Shown: positions 40,604 through 51,342 of the stretch, one piece after another
Position numbering within the stretch: position 1 is the stretch's first letter
Layout of the letters: each line of letters opens with the position of its first letter
From: Gammaproteobacteria bacterium
GTDB taxonomy: Bacteria; Pseudomonadota; Gammaproteobacteria; JABDBA01
DNA: 64,000 nucleotides
Assembly: GCA_013288885.1 (NCBI GenBank)
Contig: JABDBA010000001.1
Coordinates: 467,840-531,839, forward strand
Direction of reading: 5' to 3'
The notes under the pieces: model-generated
What the model saw: only the letters and a program-made list of their open reading frames with translations
What the model was told of the DNA's origin: nothing
Databases searched by the model: none
Program-made: the position numbers and the translations under genes

Positions 40604-41856
40604 CCTACCAACATATAAAAATTCCCAGCAATGCTGAAAAAATTAGCGTCAATGCTGATTTATCGTTAAACGTTCCGCAGCACCCAATTATTCCTTTTAT
40701 TGAAGGCGACGGTATTGGTGTTGATATCACCCCCGTGATGTGCAAAGTGGTTGATGCCGCTGTTGCAAAAGCTTATAAAAATAGTCGTAAAATCGCTTGG
40801 ATGGAAGTGTATGCCGGTGAAAAAGCCACCCAGGTTTATGACAAAGATACCTGGTTGCCCGACGAAACGTTAACCGCTGTGCGCGATTATGTGGTGTCGA
40901 TCAAAGGCCCATTAACCACACCGGTCGGTGGTGGTATTCGTTCGCTCAATGTGGCATTGCGCCAGCAATTAGATTTATACGTTTGTTTGCGTCCGGTGCG
41001 TTATTTTAAAGGCACGCCAAGTCCGTTGAAAGAGCCATGGAAAACCGATATGGTTATTTTTCGCGAAAACTCGGAAGATATTTACGCGGGCATCGAGTGG
41101 CAAGCTGATACAGCAGAAGCTAAAAAAATTATTGCTTTTTTACGCAACGATATGGGCGTGAAAAAAATTCGTTTTCCTGATCATTGTGGTATTGGTATTA
41201 AACCAGTTTCGCAAGAAGGCACTACACGTTTGGTCACGCGCGCGATTCAATATGCGATCGATAACAATCGTTCTTCAGTTACTTTAGTGCACAAAGGTAA
41301 CATTATGAAATTTACCGAAGGCGCATTTAAAGATTGGGGTTATGCTGTTGCACGCGAAAAATTTGGGGCTAAGTTAATTGATAACGGCCCTTGGTGTGTT
41401 TTGAAAAATCCAAAAAATGGTAAAGATATTGTGATCAAAGATGTCATCGCCGATGCGTTTTTGCAGCAGATTTTATTGCGCCCAGAAGATTACAGTGTGA
41501 TCGCCACGTTGAATCTGAATGGTGATTATATTTCTGATGCACTTGCTGCGCAGGTGGGTGGTATTGGTATTGCACCCGGCGCTAATCTCAGCGATAAAAT
41601 TGCGATGTTTGAAGCAACGCATGGCACTGCACCTAAATACGCCGGGCAAAATAAAGTAAACCCCGGTTCGATTATTCTCTCCGCAGAAATGATGTTGCGT
41701 CATATGGGTTGGATCGAAGCCGCTGATCTCATCATCAAAGGCATTGAAGCAGCCATCGAAGCAAAAACCGTTACCTACGATTTCGAACGCCTCATGCCCG
41801 GCGCAACCCTCGTCACCTGCTCTGGCTTCGGCGACGCGATTATTTCGCATATGTGA
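40600..41856 (+). CDS. icd: NADP-dependent isocitrate dehydrogenase
   Basis: [16 protein letters not shown]...[35 protein letters not shown], near-identical to the E. coli Icd motifs. Confidence 0.97.
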
Positions 41857-41981
41857 CGCTCTCTGGCGTTGGCAAAATTTCAAAATATCGTCTATGGTTA
41901 AATTATAAGGATGTAATTTTTCGAGGTGTTTATTTTTTAAACACTGGCATGTAGTTAATTATTAACGGAAGGAGTCGTGTT

Positions 41982-44255
41982 ATGTTAAGCAAAGACCTAG
42001 AACAAAGCCTAAACCAGGCGTTTCGCCAAGCCCGCGAGAAGCGTTATGAATATTTAACGGTAGAACACCTATTGCTGGCACTACTAGATAACCCATCAGC
42101 TGCCGCCGCTTTAAGGGCCTGTAGCGCCGATTTGACCCGTTTACGCTTCGAATTAGGCAGCTTTATCGCCGCGACTACGCCGTTATTACCCCCTACTGAC
42201 ACCGAATCAGAAACCCAGCCTACGCCGGGCTTCCAACGCGTCTTACAACGTGCCATCTTCCAAGTACAATCGGGCAGTGCAGCGGCCGAAGTTAACGGCG
42301 CTAACGTCTTAGCTGCCATTTTTGGCGAACAAGACAGCCAAGCGGTTTACTTCCTGCGTCGTGAAAACATCACCCGTTTAGACATATTGAACTATGTCTC
42401 GCATAGCTTGGCCGCTAAACCGGCCAGCGAGCCAGATGAGCACCATTTTGGTCATGTGTTGGATGACGAACCAAATGCAGAAGCCCCCGGCGCAAGCCCG
42501 CTAGAAAGCTATACGATAAACCTCAATGCACGCGTCACAGCAGGCCGTATCGATCCTATGGTGGGCAGAGCAGAAGAACTGTCGCGCTTAATTCAAGTCT
42601 TATGCCGCCGCCGCAAGAACAATCCTCTATTAGTTGGCGAAGCCGGTGTAGGAAAAACCGCGATTGCCGAAGGCTTAGCACAGATGATTGTCGCAGGCCA
42701 AGTACCCACTGTTTTAGCGCATAGCACCGTTTACGCGTTAGATTTAGGCAGCTTGCTGGCTGGTACTAAATATCGTGGCGATTTTGAAAAACGCTTTAAA
42801 GCACTGCTCTGGCAGTTGAAGCAAGACCCAGGCGCTATTTTATTTATCGATGAGATCCATACCATTATCGGCGCAGGTGCTGCATCGGGTGGCGTGATGG
42901 ACGCTTCTAATTTAATGAAGCCGTTATTAACCACCGGCGAAATTAAATGTGTGGGCGCTACTACCTATCAAGAATATCGCGGCATCTTTGAAAAAGATCG
43001 CGCGCTTTCACGTCGCTTTCAAAAGATCGATGTGCCACAACCTTCAGTAGACGAAACCATTGAAATCTTGCAAGGTTTAAAGAGCCGCTTTGAATCACAT
43101 CATAATGTGAAATACAGTGCGCAAGCATTACGTGCTAGCGCAGAATTAGCAGAACGTTACATCACCGATCGTTTTTTACCCGATAAAGCCATTGATGTGG
43201 TCGACGAAGCAGGTGCTTTTCAAGCGTTACAACCGAGCAATAAACGTAAAAAATTAATTACCGTGGCTGAAATTGAATCTGTAGTTGCACGCATGGCACA
43301 CATTCCACCACGCAGTGTTTCGTCATCGGATAAAACTAAACTACGCACACTCGAGCGCGATTTAAAATTACAAGTATTCGGGCAAGAAAAAGCAATCGAG
43401 ATGTTGTCGGCTGCTATCAAGTTGGCGCGTTCGGGCTTGCGTGAAGTACAAAAACCGATTGGCTCGTTTTTATTGGCAGGGCCTACCGGCGTTGGCAAAA
43501 CTGAAGTGGCACGTCAGTTGTCGCAATTAATGGGCGTTGAATTAATTCGCTTTGATATGTCGGAATATATGGAACGTCACACCGTTTCACGCTTAATCGG
43601 CGCGCCTCCTGGTTATGTAGGTTTTGATCAAGGTGGCTTGCTGACGGAAGCAGTCGCTAAACATCCTCATGCAGTATTATTGTTGGATGAAATCGAAAAA
43701 GCCCATACCGATGTATTTAATCTTTTATTGCAAGTGATGGATCACGGCACGTTGACGGATACCAATGGCCGTCAAGCTGATTTTCGTCATGTGATTTTAA
43801 TCATGACCACCAACGCCGGTGCAGAAGTGTTGGAACGAGGTCACATAGGCTTTCAAGCGCATAACGAAGTAACGGATGATATGGAAGCAGTTAAGCATGT
43901 GTTTTCACCGGAATTCCGCAATCGTTTGGATGCCGTCATTCAATTCGATTATTTAAATTCTGCCACGGTGGAAAAAGTTGTCGATAAATTTATTTTGGAA
44001 TTAGAAGCGCAACTGGAAGAAAAAGGCGTGATGTTAAAGTTGGAGCCAGCTGCACGGGTCTGGTTGAGTGAACATGGCTACGACCACGCCATGGGCGCAC
44101 GACCAATGGCGCGACTGATTCAAGAAAAAATTAAAAAACCATTAGCCGAAGAGTTGTTATTTGGTAAGCTGGCCAATGGTGGTAAGGTATTGTTGACGGT
44201 GGCCAATGACAGCTTGCATTTGGTCATTGATGAGCAAGCAGTGGCGGCAGCCTAA
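41982..44255 (+). CDS. clpA: ATP-dependent Clp protease ATP-binding subunit ClpA
   Basis: ClpA N-domain plus two AAA+ modules ([18 protein letters not shown]). Confidence 0.95.
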   Translation: MLSKDLEQSLNQAFRQAREKRYEYLTVEHLLLALLDNPSAAAALRACSADLTRLRFELGSFIAATTPLLPPTDTESETQPTPGFQRVLQRAIFQVQSGSAAAEVNGANVLAAIFGEQDSQAVYFLRRENITRLDILNYVSHSLAAKPASEPDEHHFGHVLDDEPNAEAPGASPLESYTINLNARVTAGRIDPMVGRAEELSRLIQVLCRRRKNNPLLVGEAGVGKTAIAEGLAQMIVAGQVPTVLAHSTVYALDLGSLLAGTKYRGDFEKRFKALLWQLKQDPGAILFIDEIHTIIGAGAASGGVMDASNLMKPLLTTGEIKCVGATTYQEYRGIFEKDRALSRRFQKIDVPQPSVDETIEILQGLKSRFESHHNVKYSAQALRASAELAERYITDRFLPDKAIDVVDEAGAFQALQPSNKRKKLITVAEIESVVARMAHIPPRSVSSSDKTKLRTLERDLKLQVFGQEKAIEMLSAAIKLARSGLREVQKPIGSFLLAGPTGVGKTEVARQLSQLMGVELIRFDMSEYMERHTVSRLIGAPPGYVGFDQGGLLTEAVAKHPHAVLLLDEIEKAHTDVFNLLLQVMDHGTLTDTNGRQADFRHVILIMTTNAGAEVLERGHIGFQAHNEVTDDMEAVKHVFSPEFRNRLDAVIQFDYLNSATVEKVVDKFILELEAQLEEKGVMLKLEPAARVWLSEHGYDHAMGARPMARLIQEKIKKPLAEELLFGKLANGGKVLLTVANDSLHLVIDEQAVAAA

Positions 44256-44262
44256 GGGGTAG

Positions 44263-44484
44263 CTAATCCCTATCCCGAAACACAATACGCCCCTTACTCA
44301 GGTCATAAGGGGTCATCTCTACTTTTACCCGATCGCCTTTTAAGATGCGGATATAGTTTTTGCGCATACGGCCAGAGATATGGGCAGTAACGAGATGGCC
44401 ATTGTCGAGTTGCACGCGAAACACGGTGTTGGGTAGGGCTTCGGTAACCGTGCCATCCATTATTAAGTGATCTTCTTTTGCCAT
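44263..44484 (-). CDS. infA: Translation initiation factor IF-1
   Basis: [71 protein letters not shown] place the start at M22 of the track ORF. Confidence 0.95.
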   Translation of the reverse strand: MAKEDHLIMDGTVTEALPNTVFRVQLDNGHLVTAHISGRMRKNYIRILKGDRVKVEMTPYDLSKGRIVFRDRD

Positions 44485-44661
44485 GAAACGACCTTTTTTA
44501 TAAATAACCATTGTTAAAGAATGGCAATATTGCCGCAAAACGGGCAATCTAGCAACAGATATAATATACGTTCAGTTCGCAAATTGGCTGTGGTTTTGTG
44601 TATAATAGGGTAAAGCTAATTTAAACCCGGTCATCAATTATTTTTCGAGGTACAAAAAAAC

Positions 44662-46635
44662 ATGGATTTCGAACAACAACAGTCACGATTGAAGTTATTG
44701 ATTGCACACGGCAAAAGCCAGGGTTTTTTAACCAATGCGGAAGTAGGCGATTTTCTGCTGGATGAAATCGACCCTGAAGCAACCGCTCAAATTGAAGAGA
44801 TTATCGGCATGTTGGGCGATATGGGAATCCCCGTTTATGAAGCCCCACCCGATATTGAAACCCTACTGTTATCAGGTGCTTTGCCCGAAGGTTCGCCGCC
44901 CGACGAAGAGGTGGTGGACGAAGCGGCGGCTGCCATGGCAGCGGCGAGCGCGGAACTAGGGCGCACCACCGACCCTGTGCGTATGTATATGCGCGAAATG
45001 GGCACGGTCGAATTGTTGACGCGTCAGGGCGAAATTGTATTGGCGATGCGTATTGAAGAAGGCATTCGCGAAGTGTTGGGCGCGCTGGCACAATACCCTG
45101 AAATTATCTCCGATGTGTTAAATGACTATGCGCGTTACGAACGTTCTGAAATGCGTTTGAGCGATATCATCAGTGGCTTTACCGATGCCGAAGCCAATGT
45201 TCCACCCGTAGCGGTGGCGGAAGTAGAAGAATTAGAAGCCGATGTGGCTGCGATTACTGAAATCCCTGATCTCAACCTCACCGAAGAAGTGGCGGTGGGT
45301 GAAGTCGGCGAAGTGGCGGATGAAACCTTCCCCGTTAAAGCATTGGCCGAAGAAGAGGAAGGCGAAGAAGGTGCAGGGGGTGAAGCAGCCGGTGATGCCG
45401 ATGACGCTGATATCGATGGCGGCCCAGACCCTGAATTGGCGAAACAACGTTTCACCGAACTACGCGATCTGTATCAAAAATATCGTGCCGCAGAAAAACG
45501 TTACGGCCGCAAACATAAATCGACCGACAAACAAAACAAAGCGATAGGCGATGCGTTTATTAAATTTAAATTAGTGCCGCGCCAACTCGATAAGCTCACC
45601 AAAAAAATGCGTAGTTTGCTCGATGCGGTGCGCGAGCAAGAACGTCATGCGATGCACTTGTGTGTGAACAAAGCAAAAATGCCGCGCAAACTTTTTATCG
45701 ATACCTTCCCTAAAAATGAAACCAATTTGGAATGGATCAATAAACACATTACGCCTGCTAAACCGTATTCGGCAGCGTTAAAAGAAATGAGCGTGCAAGT
45801 GATTCGCGCACAGAAAAAATTGGTCACGCTCGAAGAAGAAACCCACATGAATATTGCTGAAATCAGAGAGATTAATCGGCAAATGTCATTAGGTGAAGCG
45901 AAAGCGCGCCGTGCTAAAAAAGAAATGGTAGAAGCTAACTTGCGTTTAGTGATTTCTATCGCAAAAAAATATACTAATCGCGGGTTGCAATTTTTAGATC
46001 TCATTCAAGAAGGCAACATTGGCTTGATGAAAGCGGTCGATAAATTTGAATATCGCCGTGGCTATAAATTTTCAACTTATGCGACGTGGTGGATCCGCCA
46101 AGCGATTACGCGATCGATCGCCGATCAAGCGCGCACGATTCGTATCCCCGTGCATATGATCGAAACTATTAATAAACTCAATCGTATCTCGCGCCAAATT
46201 TTGCAAACCACCAGTGTGGAACCTTCGCCGGAAGAACTCGGTAAGTTTATGGGTTTGACGGAAGATAAAATTCGCAAAATTTTGAAGATCGCTAAAGAAC
46301 CGATTTCGACCGAAACCCCAATTGGTGACGACGAAGATTCCCACCTGGGCGATTTTATCGAAGACTCTGCGGCGCTATCACCCATTGACGCTGCGACCAT
46401 CGAAGGCTTGCGCGAAGCGGTGCAAGAAATTCTCTCGACATTAACGCCGCGTGAAGCTAAAGTATTGCGTATGCGATTTGGCATCGACATGAACACCGAC
46501 CACACACTAGAAGAAGTCGGCAAACAATTTGACGTCACCCGCGAACGTATACGGCAGATTGAAGCCAAAGCACTGCGCAAACTCCGCCACCCCAACCGCT
46601 CAGAGCCGTTGCGTAGTTTCTTAGAGCAGGAGTAG
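44662..46635 (+). CDS. rpoD: RNA polymerase sigma-70 factor RpoD
   Basis: Regions 1.1 to 4.2 are present, including [27 protein letters not shown] and an acidic spacer. Confidence 0.97.
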   Translation: MDFEQQQSRLKLLIAHGKSQGFLTNAEVGDFLLDEIDPEATAQIEEIIGMLGDMGIPVYEAPPDIETLLLSGALPEGSPPDEEVVDEAAAAMAAASAELGRTTDPVRMYMREMGTVELLTRQGEIVLAMRIEEGIREVLGALAQYPEIISDVLNDYARYERSEMRLSDIISGFTDAEANVPPVAVAEVEELEADVAAITEIPDLNLTEEVAVGEVGEVADETFPVKALAEEEEGEEGAGGEAAGDADDADIDGGPDPELAKQRFTELRDLYQKYRAAEKRYGRKHKSTDKQNKAIGDAFIKFKLVPRQLDKLTKKMRSLLDAVREQERHAMHLCVNKAKMPRKLFIDTFPKNETNLEWINKHITPAKPYSAALKEMSVQVIRAQKKLVTLEEETHMNIAEIREINRQMSLGEAKARRAKKEMVEANLRLVISIAKKYTNRGLQFLDLIQEGNIGLMKAVDKFEYRRGYKFSTYATWWIRQAITRSIADQARTIRIPVHMIETINKLNRISRQILQTTSVEPSPEELGKFMGLTEDKIRKILKIAKEPISTETPIGDDEDSHLGDFIEDSAALSPIDAATIEGLREAVQEILSTLTPREAKVLRMRFGIDMNTDHTLEEVGKQFDVTRERIRQIEAKALRKLRHPNRSEPLRSFLEQE

Positions 46636-46658
46636 AATACCCCCTTTTGCCCCTCACA

Positions 46659-46735
<77 letters not shown>

Positions 46736-46829
46736 AAAATCTTTTATTTATCAATAACTTAGGCGATACCGATCGAAAATAGGAAGTTAGCGTGTCGAAG
46801 GTGTGTCGAAGGAATGAAGGGAAAATCTG

Positions 46830-47129
46830 ATGTTATTACTCAAAAAAGATTTACGATTAAATGCTTTCCGTTTTGTTCTATTGTTGCTCATCAGTCTACT
46901 AATTACTATTTCTACCCCTATATCGGCAATTGCCGCCGACCTACATCTGTTCACAACTGAACAAGCTGCCCAAAGCCACTGCCCCAACGATGAAGTTGTT
47001 TGGCTAAACACCAATACTGGCATATGGCACAGCCAGGGTGGTCATTGGTATGGGAGAACCAAGAGCGGGGTTTATGTTTGTAGGGTGGAAGCGGCGGCAG
47101 CGGGGAATAGGGGGAGTTTGAATGGGTAA
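46830..47129 (+). CDS. Small secreted protein (99 aa)
   Basis: Signal peptide ending AIA|AD. The mature part holds two Cys (CPNDEVVW...YVCR). Confidence 0.5.
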   Translation: MLLLKKDLRLNAFRFVLLLLISLLITISTPISAIAADLHLFTTEQAAQSHCPNDEVVWLNTNTGIWHSQGGHWYGRTKSGVYVCRVEAAAAGNRGSLNG

Positions 47130-47211
47130 ATTTTTCTTTGACTTTACTTAATCCATTGAAAAGAGTATATTAATTCAAAATTTCAACAAATTTTCGTTAA
47201 AAATGTGACTT

Positions 47212-48417
47212 ATGTTAAAAAAATTCAAAGTTGAAAACTTTTATAGTATTGGCGATAAGCAAGAGATTTCAATGGAAATTACTTCCAAAGATGTTCTCGA
47301 TGATTCGGCGCGCCAAGTACAAAAAGGCAGTACTTCATTAAATCTAGTTGCATGTGTGATTGGTGCCAATGCTTCTGGTAAAACAACAATGTTGAAGGCA
47401 ATGAGTTTTCTTTTTTGGTTTATTAATAACGCATATACGAGTTTAAAAAAGGAAAGCAAGATCCCTGTTAATCAGCATGGGCTACATAAAAATGAGTCTA
47501 CAAAAATAGAAATAGATTTTTTTAATAATGATGTATTTTATATATACTCTATTGAGTTTAATAGGGAAGAAGTTTTAAAAGAATCATTAAAAAGAAAGAA
47601 TGAGCGTATTTCTCTTATTTTTGATTTAGATCGTAAAGCTAAAAATATTTTTATTAATACTCGTACTGACTTAAAAATAAATGAATCAGATGAAATAAGA
47701 TTTAAACAGCGTCGGAACGTGCCTTTACTTTCTAGTTTAATTGATACTGGTTATTTATCTGAAATATCTTTTTTTAAAAACTTTACTAGCAATGTAAATC
47801 AATTAGGCATGATGAATTACAATATCTTTTTTGATTTTATAAGTATTTCTAGAGAGTTACAAAAAAATGAAGTTTTATGTAAAAAGGTTCTTGGTTTTTC
47901 TAAAGAGATAGATTTGGGAATTTCTGATTTTAAGTTTTCTGAACGACAGTTTATAGAAAAGAACTCCATGAAAGAGGAAAAAATTTCAGTTCTGGAATGC
48001 GTTCATTCCTCTAAACAAAAAATTTTTAGCTTGCCTATTTTTGAAGAATCTAATGGAACTCAACAATATATTTTGATATTTTTAAAGATATCACCAATTT
48101 TATCAACTGGGGGAATAGTGGTTCTTGATGAATTGGAGCACAGCCTCCACCCATATGCTGCAAAAAAAATTATTGCACTTTTTGAAAATAAAGAAACAAA
48201 CCCATATAATGCCCAGCTTATTTTTTCAACTCATAGTCATTTATTGTTAAACGACAGAACGAAGACCCAGATATTTATTGCTGAGAAAAATAATGTTTTA
48301 TCTGAAACAGAAATTTATAGATTAGATAGTGTTGAAGGTATAAGGAATGATGAGAATTATTTTCAGAAATATACTGCTGGTGTTTACGGCGGTGTTCCCA
48401 ATGTTACTTGGTTGTAG
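47212..48417 (+). CDS. AAA-type ATPase (AbiLi / RloA-like)
   Basis: FKVENFYSIGD...GANASGKTT (Walker A)...VVLDELEHSLHP (Walker B)...FSTHS. Confidence 0.7.
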   Translation: MLKKFKVENFYSIGDKQEISMEITSKDVLDDSARQVQKGSTSLNLVACVIGANASGKTTMLKAMSFLFWFINNAYTSLKKESKIPVNQHGLHKNESTKIEIDFFNNDVFYIYSIEFNREEVLKESLKRKNERISLIFDLDRKAKNIFINTRTDLKINESDEIRFKQRRNVPLLSSLIDTGYLSEISFFKNFTSNVNQLGMMNYNIFFDFISISRELQKNEVLCKKVLGFSKEIDLGISDFKFSERQFIEKNSMKEEKISVLECVHSSKQKIFSLPIFEESNGTQQYILIFLKISPILSTGGIVVLDELEHSLHPYAAKKIIALFENKETNPYNAQLIFSTHSHLLLNDRTKTQIFIAEKNNVLSETEIYRLDSVEGIRNDENYFQKYTAGVYGGVPNVTWL

Positions 48418-48428
48418 TGGTTTATGAT

Positions 48429-49055
48429 ATGGGAAAAAATAAACGCAAAAGGAAAATATCAGTCCACGGTACCATGGAAGGTGAAAAGTCAGAAAAAAAC
48501 CTTTTGGAATATCTAAAAGAACATTATCTCGATCCAACCCTAACTTCTTTTATGGAAAACCCAAAACATGGAGGTACTCCAAATAGTCTTATTCTTTCTG
48601 CATTAAAATATATTGATCGAGATCTGGTTTTTGTATGGCTTGATGAGGATAAAGATTTAGATGAAGAAACTCTACGGGCTATTGCAAAATGTTGGAATAT
48701 TTCTCCGCAATTAATGGATTCATTCTTGTTATGCGCTTTACGAGACCTTCAGTCTACTTACAACATCCAGCGTAGGAAGCCCGTTTTAATAGTTTCTCAA
48801 CCTGTTTGCGTAGAATCATTGATACTGAAAACGTTGGGATATGCTCCTCCTTGTTCGAGGTATGAAGCTGATAAGAGAGATGAACAAATTAAGCAACTTA
48901 AAAGCGCTTTAGGCGGAGTATTTAAAAAAAACGATCATCGTGAATTCTACAGGCGGGTATTAAATAAACAATTACTTGAAGAAAGGCGGAAGAGCATTCC
49001 AGAGCTTGATCTGTTGATCTCAATGATTACAGCGCATCAAACAGCGAAAAATTAA
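48429..49055 (+). CDS. RloB-like protein (AbiLii-like)
   Basis: Basic N-terminus GKNKRKRK followed by MEGEKSEKNLLEYL, resembling the RloB CEGEKTEpnYF motif. It lies directly after the ATPase. Confidence 0.5.
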   Translation: MGKNKRKRKISVHGTMEGEKSEKNLLEYLKEHYLDPTLTSFMENPKHGGTPNSLILSALKYIDRDLVFVWLDEDKDLDEETLRAIAKCWNISPQLMDSFLLCALRDLQSTYNIQRRKPVLIVSQPVCVESLILKTLGYAPPCSRYEADKRDEQIKQLKSALGGVFKKNDHREFYRRVLNKQLLEERRKSIPELDLLISMITAHQTAKN

Positions 49056-49081
49056 TTTATTTTAAAGGTGTCTTTTGAGGC

Positions 49082-49129
49082 AACGGCGCCACGTTTGGGC
49101 AACAGTGCCACGTCTGGAATAAGGAATAA
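49082..49129. repeat. Half copy (plus degenerate partial) of the 60-bp palindromic element
   Basis: AACAGTGCCACGTCTGGAATAAGGAATAA (49101-49129), preceded by AACGGCGCCACGTTTGGG. Confidence 0.8.
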
Positions 49130-49172
49130 AACTGGCTAGATATAACGCCTTTGCTTTTGCTCGTTTCAGAAC

Positions 49173-49571
49173 TTACATATTAAGCACTTTAAGCCCGGGC
49201 ACTCTACCAAATTCGGTATGATTGCTTGTTAATACCGCGTATCCATGGGCTAATGCCGTTGCGGCGATGATGAGATCATGTGCGCCGATAAGTTGGCCTT
49301 GCTCAGCAAGGTGTGAATAAATTTCAGCATGGATGCGTGCAACTTCAGCCGTAAAATCAATGATGGGGATTTCATTGATGGCGGTTTCTACAAAAGCGGA
49401 ACGTTTTAATTGCCGTGCCCCGGTGTTAGCCCGCTGTACGCACATTAATAATTCACTGACAGTCACCACACTGATATAAACTTCTTCGTAGGATTTCCAT
49501 TGATTAAAGTCTAGTGGTTTAGCCTGTTTTTCGGAGTGGATTAAAACACAAGTATCTAGAATTAATCCCAT
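49173..49571 (-). CDS. vapC: PIN-domain toxin VapC
   Basis: MGLILDTCVLIH...AHDLIIAATALAHGYAVLTSN. Confidence 0.85.
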   Translation of the reverse strand: MGLILDTCVLIHSEKQAKPLDFNQWKSYEEVYISVVTVSELLMCVQRANTGARQLKRSAFVETAINEIPIIDFTAEVARIHAEIYSHLAEQGQLIGAHDLIIAATALAHGYAVLTSNHTEFGRVPGLKVLNM

Positions 49572-49843
49572 GGGTTACTCTCAGTGTTCATCTGCGCGCG
49601 TATCTGTTCTAAATCTTTTTTAAATATTTCTTCATCGCCGCTTTCCAGTGAGGGAAGGCGTTTAAAAAGTTTGTTGAGCTCACTTACCTTCAAAATCGAT
49701 TTTTTCGCAGTCGCAGGAACGATTTTCGCAATGACTTCTTTGCCGCGTTTTATGTCATAACTTTCACCTTGATAGTGAACTTTGTTTAAGATGTTGGAAA
49801 ATGTTCGACTGGCTTGGGTCGCACTGATGGTATGGCTAGACAT
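49562..49843 (-). CDS. Phd/YefM-type antitoxin
   Basis: ISATQASRTFSNILNKVHYQGESYDIKRGKEVIAKIVP. It overlaps vapC by 10 nt. Confidence 0.75.
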   Translation of the reverse strand: MSSHTISATQASRTFSNILNKVHYQGESYDIKRGKEVIAKIVPATAKKSILKVSELNKLFKRLPSLESGDEEIFKKDLEQIRAQMNTESNPWD

Positions 49844-49943
49844 ATAACCCCCCCCTATTGATAGATGTAAGTGAATTATAGCATAGAATTAGATAATATG
49901 AAAATCTGATTTTATGGGGAGAATCGGGGCGTAGTATGGGGAT

Positions 49944-49992
49944 CAGATCTTGATTTGTAACATTTGATTGAGATGCTACAAATCAAGATCTG
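49944..49992. repeat. 16-bp perfect inverted repeat CAGATCTTGATTTGTA-N17-TACAAATCAAGATCTG
   Basis: Read directly. It lies between the 3' end of the 50064 gene and the promoter region of the phd-vapC operon. Confidence 0.7.
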
Positions 49993-50063
49993 CTACCTTT
50001 AACTATGTACTATTTTATTATCTTATATGGCTAATATAACCACAAAAACAGCGATAACCTTGT

Positions 50064-51047
50064 TTAAAGAGCGCGGGGGGATGTATAGATAAGCTCATCA
50101 AGATTTCGTTTTACGACCTTGTCGGATGGGAGAAACAACAGTGCTTTTTCCCAAGCGGACTTAGCTTGGGCGTGATCGCCTGATTCATAAAAAGCGGTGC
50201 CTAAATTATTATAAGTTTCGTTTAAGTGGAAATGATCTGATGGGGGATAATTAGCAATAGCAGTTTCATATGCTTTAATAGCGCCTGGTAAATCACCCTG
50301 TTTTTTAAGATCGATACCTCGAATGTAATGAGCGCGTGGATGGTTAGGGTTTACTGCCAGACATTGGTTTAGAGCTTCTGCACTTTTTTTGTCATCGAAA
50401 AAACTGTAAACAATTGCTTCACGGCATAACACTTCAGCGCTTTCTCCAACAATAGTTTTTGCTTTGGCAATCCACGTTAAAGCTTCTGTTAGTTTTCCCT
50501 CTTCTGCCGCTACCATAGCTTCGGTGACTTCGCGTAATATTTTCTTACAACAAAATTTATATTTTTTTCCTGACGCGCAAGAGCAGGGAGCGTAGCTATC
50601 CGGTATAAAGCTTTTGATACTTTCTCGATCGCATTCATCCATAGGATGGTTGCTAGGAGTACAACCAATCGAAGCGGGAGAATAACATTCTTGGCCAAAG
50701 GATTGTTTTAACGGGGCTGTAAGTTCCTCAATGCAAGGTTCGGGTACGGCTTCGAAATCAATGAGCAGTTTTTTAGCTGAATTTTGCAACAAAGATTCAG
50801 ATGGATCTCCTTTGACCAAGATTACCCGGCGTGGCAAAGCGCCTGTTTGCGATCTGCCATGTCGCAGTAAATTATCAATTTGCGCTTGGTCAACTTCTGT
50901 TTCTATTATATCAAAGGCAAGGATATTGCCGCTGGGAAGCTCCATTAAGAAATAGATGTCCACTGGCAGGTCATTTATCTGGGTGTCGGTGCGAAATACT
51001 AACCAGGCTTCATTTTTAGCAAAATCTTTATAACGATAACGTTTCAT
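50064..51047 (-). CDS. SEC-C motif plus TPR-repeat protein
   Basis: CSCASGKKYKFCC (SEC-C metal-binding motif) followed by TPR-like helices (AHYIRGIDLKKQGDLPGAIKAYETAI...). I place the start at MKRYRYK. Confidence 0.6.
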   Translation of the reverse strand: MKRYRYKDFAKNEAWLVFRTDTQINDLPVDIYFLMELPSGNILAFDIIETEVDQAQIDNLLRHGRSQTGALPRRVILVKGDPSESLLQNSAKKLLIDFEAVPEPCIEELTAPLKQSFGQECYSPASIGCTPSNHPMDECDRESIKSFIPDSYAPCSCASGKKYKFCCKKILREVTEAMVAAEEGKLTEALTWIAKAKTIVGESAEVLCREAIVYSFFDDKKSAEALNQCLAVNPNHPRAHYIRGIDLKKQGDLPGAIKAYETAIANYPPSDHFHLNETYNNLGTAFYESGDHAQAKSAWEKALLFLPSDKVVKRNLDELIYTSPRAL

Positions 51048-51276
51048 AAGATGTTCCCATTTGAGTTTGAAAATCCACTTCCCGATAATGCTGTATATGC
51101 ACAATATAAATGCTATCCAAATGTATCCGGTAGCGCAATACATAACCCGCCGCACCAAAGCGAATAAATAAATCTCGATATTGTGGTAAATCTTCTATGG
51201 GTTTCCCTATAGCAGGATTTTCTTGGGCTATAAACTCCCTTAAGCGCTGATATAAACTTCTTCGTAGGATTTCCAT
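51028..51276 (-). pseudogene. 5'-truncated RelE/ParE-family toxin remnant with vapC-derived 5' end
   Basis: The C-terminal part AQENPAIGKPIEDL...YVLRYRIHLDSIYIVHIQHYRE is RelE/ParE-like. The first 35 nt are identical to vapC 49471-49505 but read in another frame. There is no antitoxin upstream. Confidence 0.5.
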
Positions 51277-51342
51277 TGATTCTTGATTGTTACCAATAAG
51301 ATAATGTATAGTAATTGGTAATATTTGGCAAGTGGAGTAGTT

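Noticed and set aside
44762-46595. Several ORFs of 65-156 aa on both strands within rpoD.
   Set aside because: rpoD is unambiguous, and these are overlapping or antisense frames within it.
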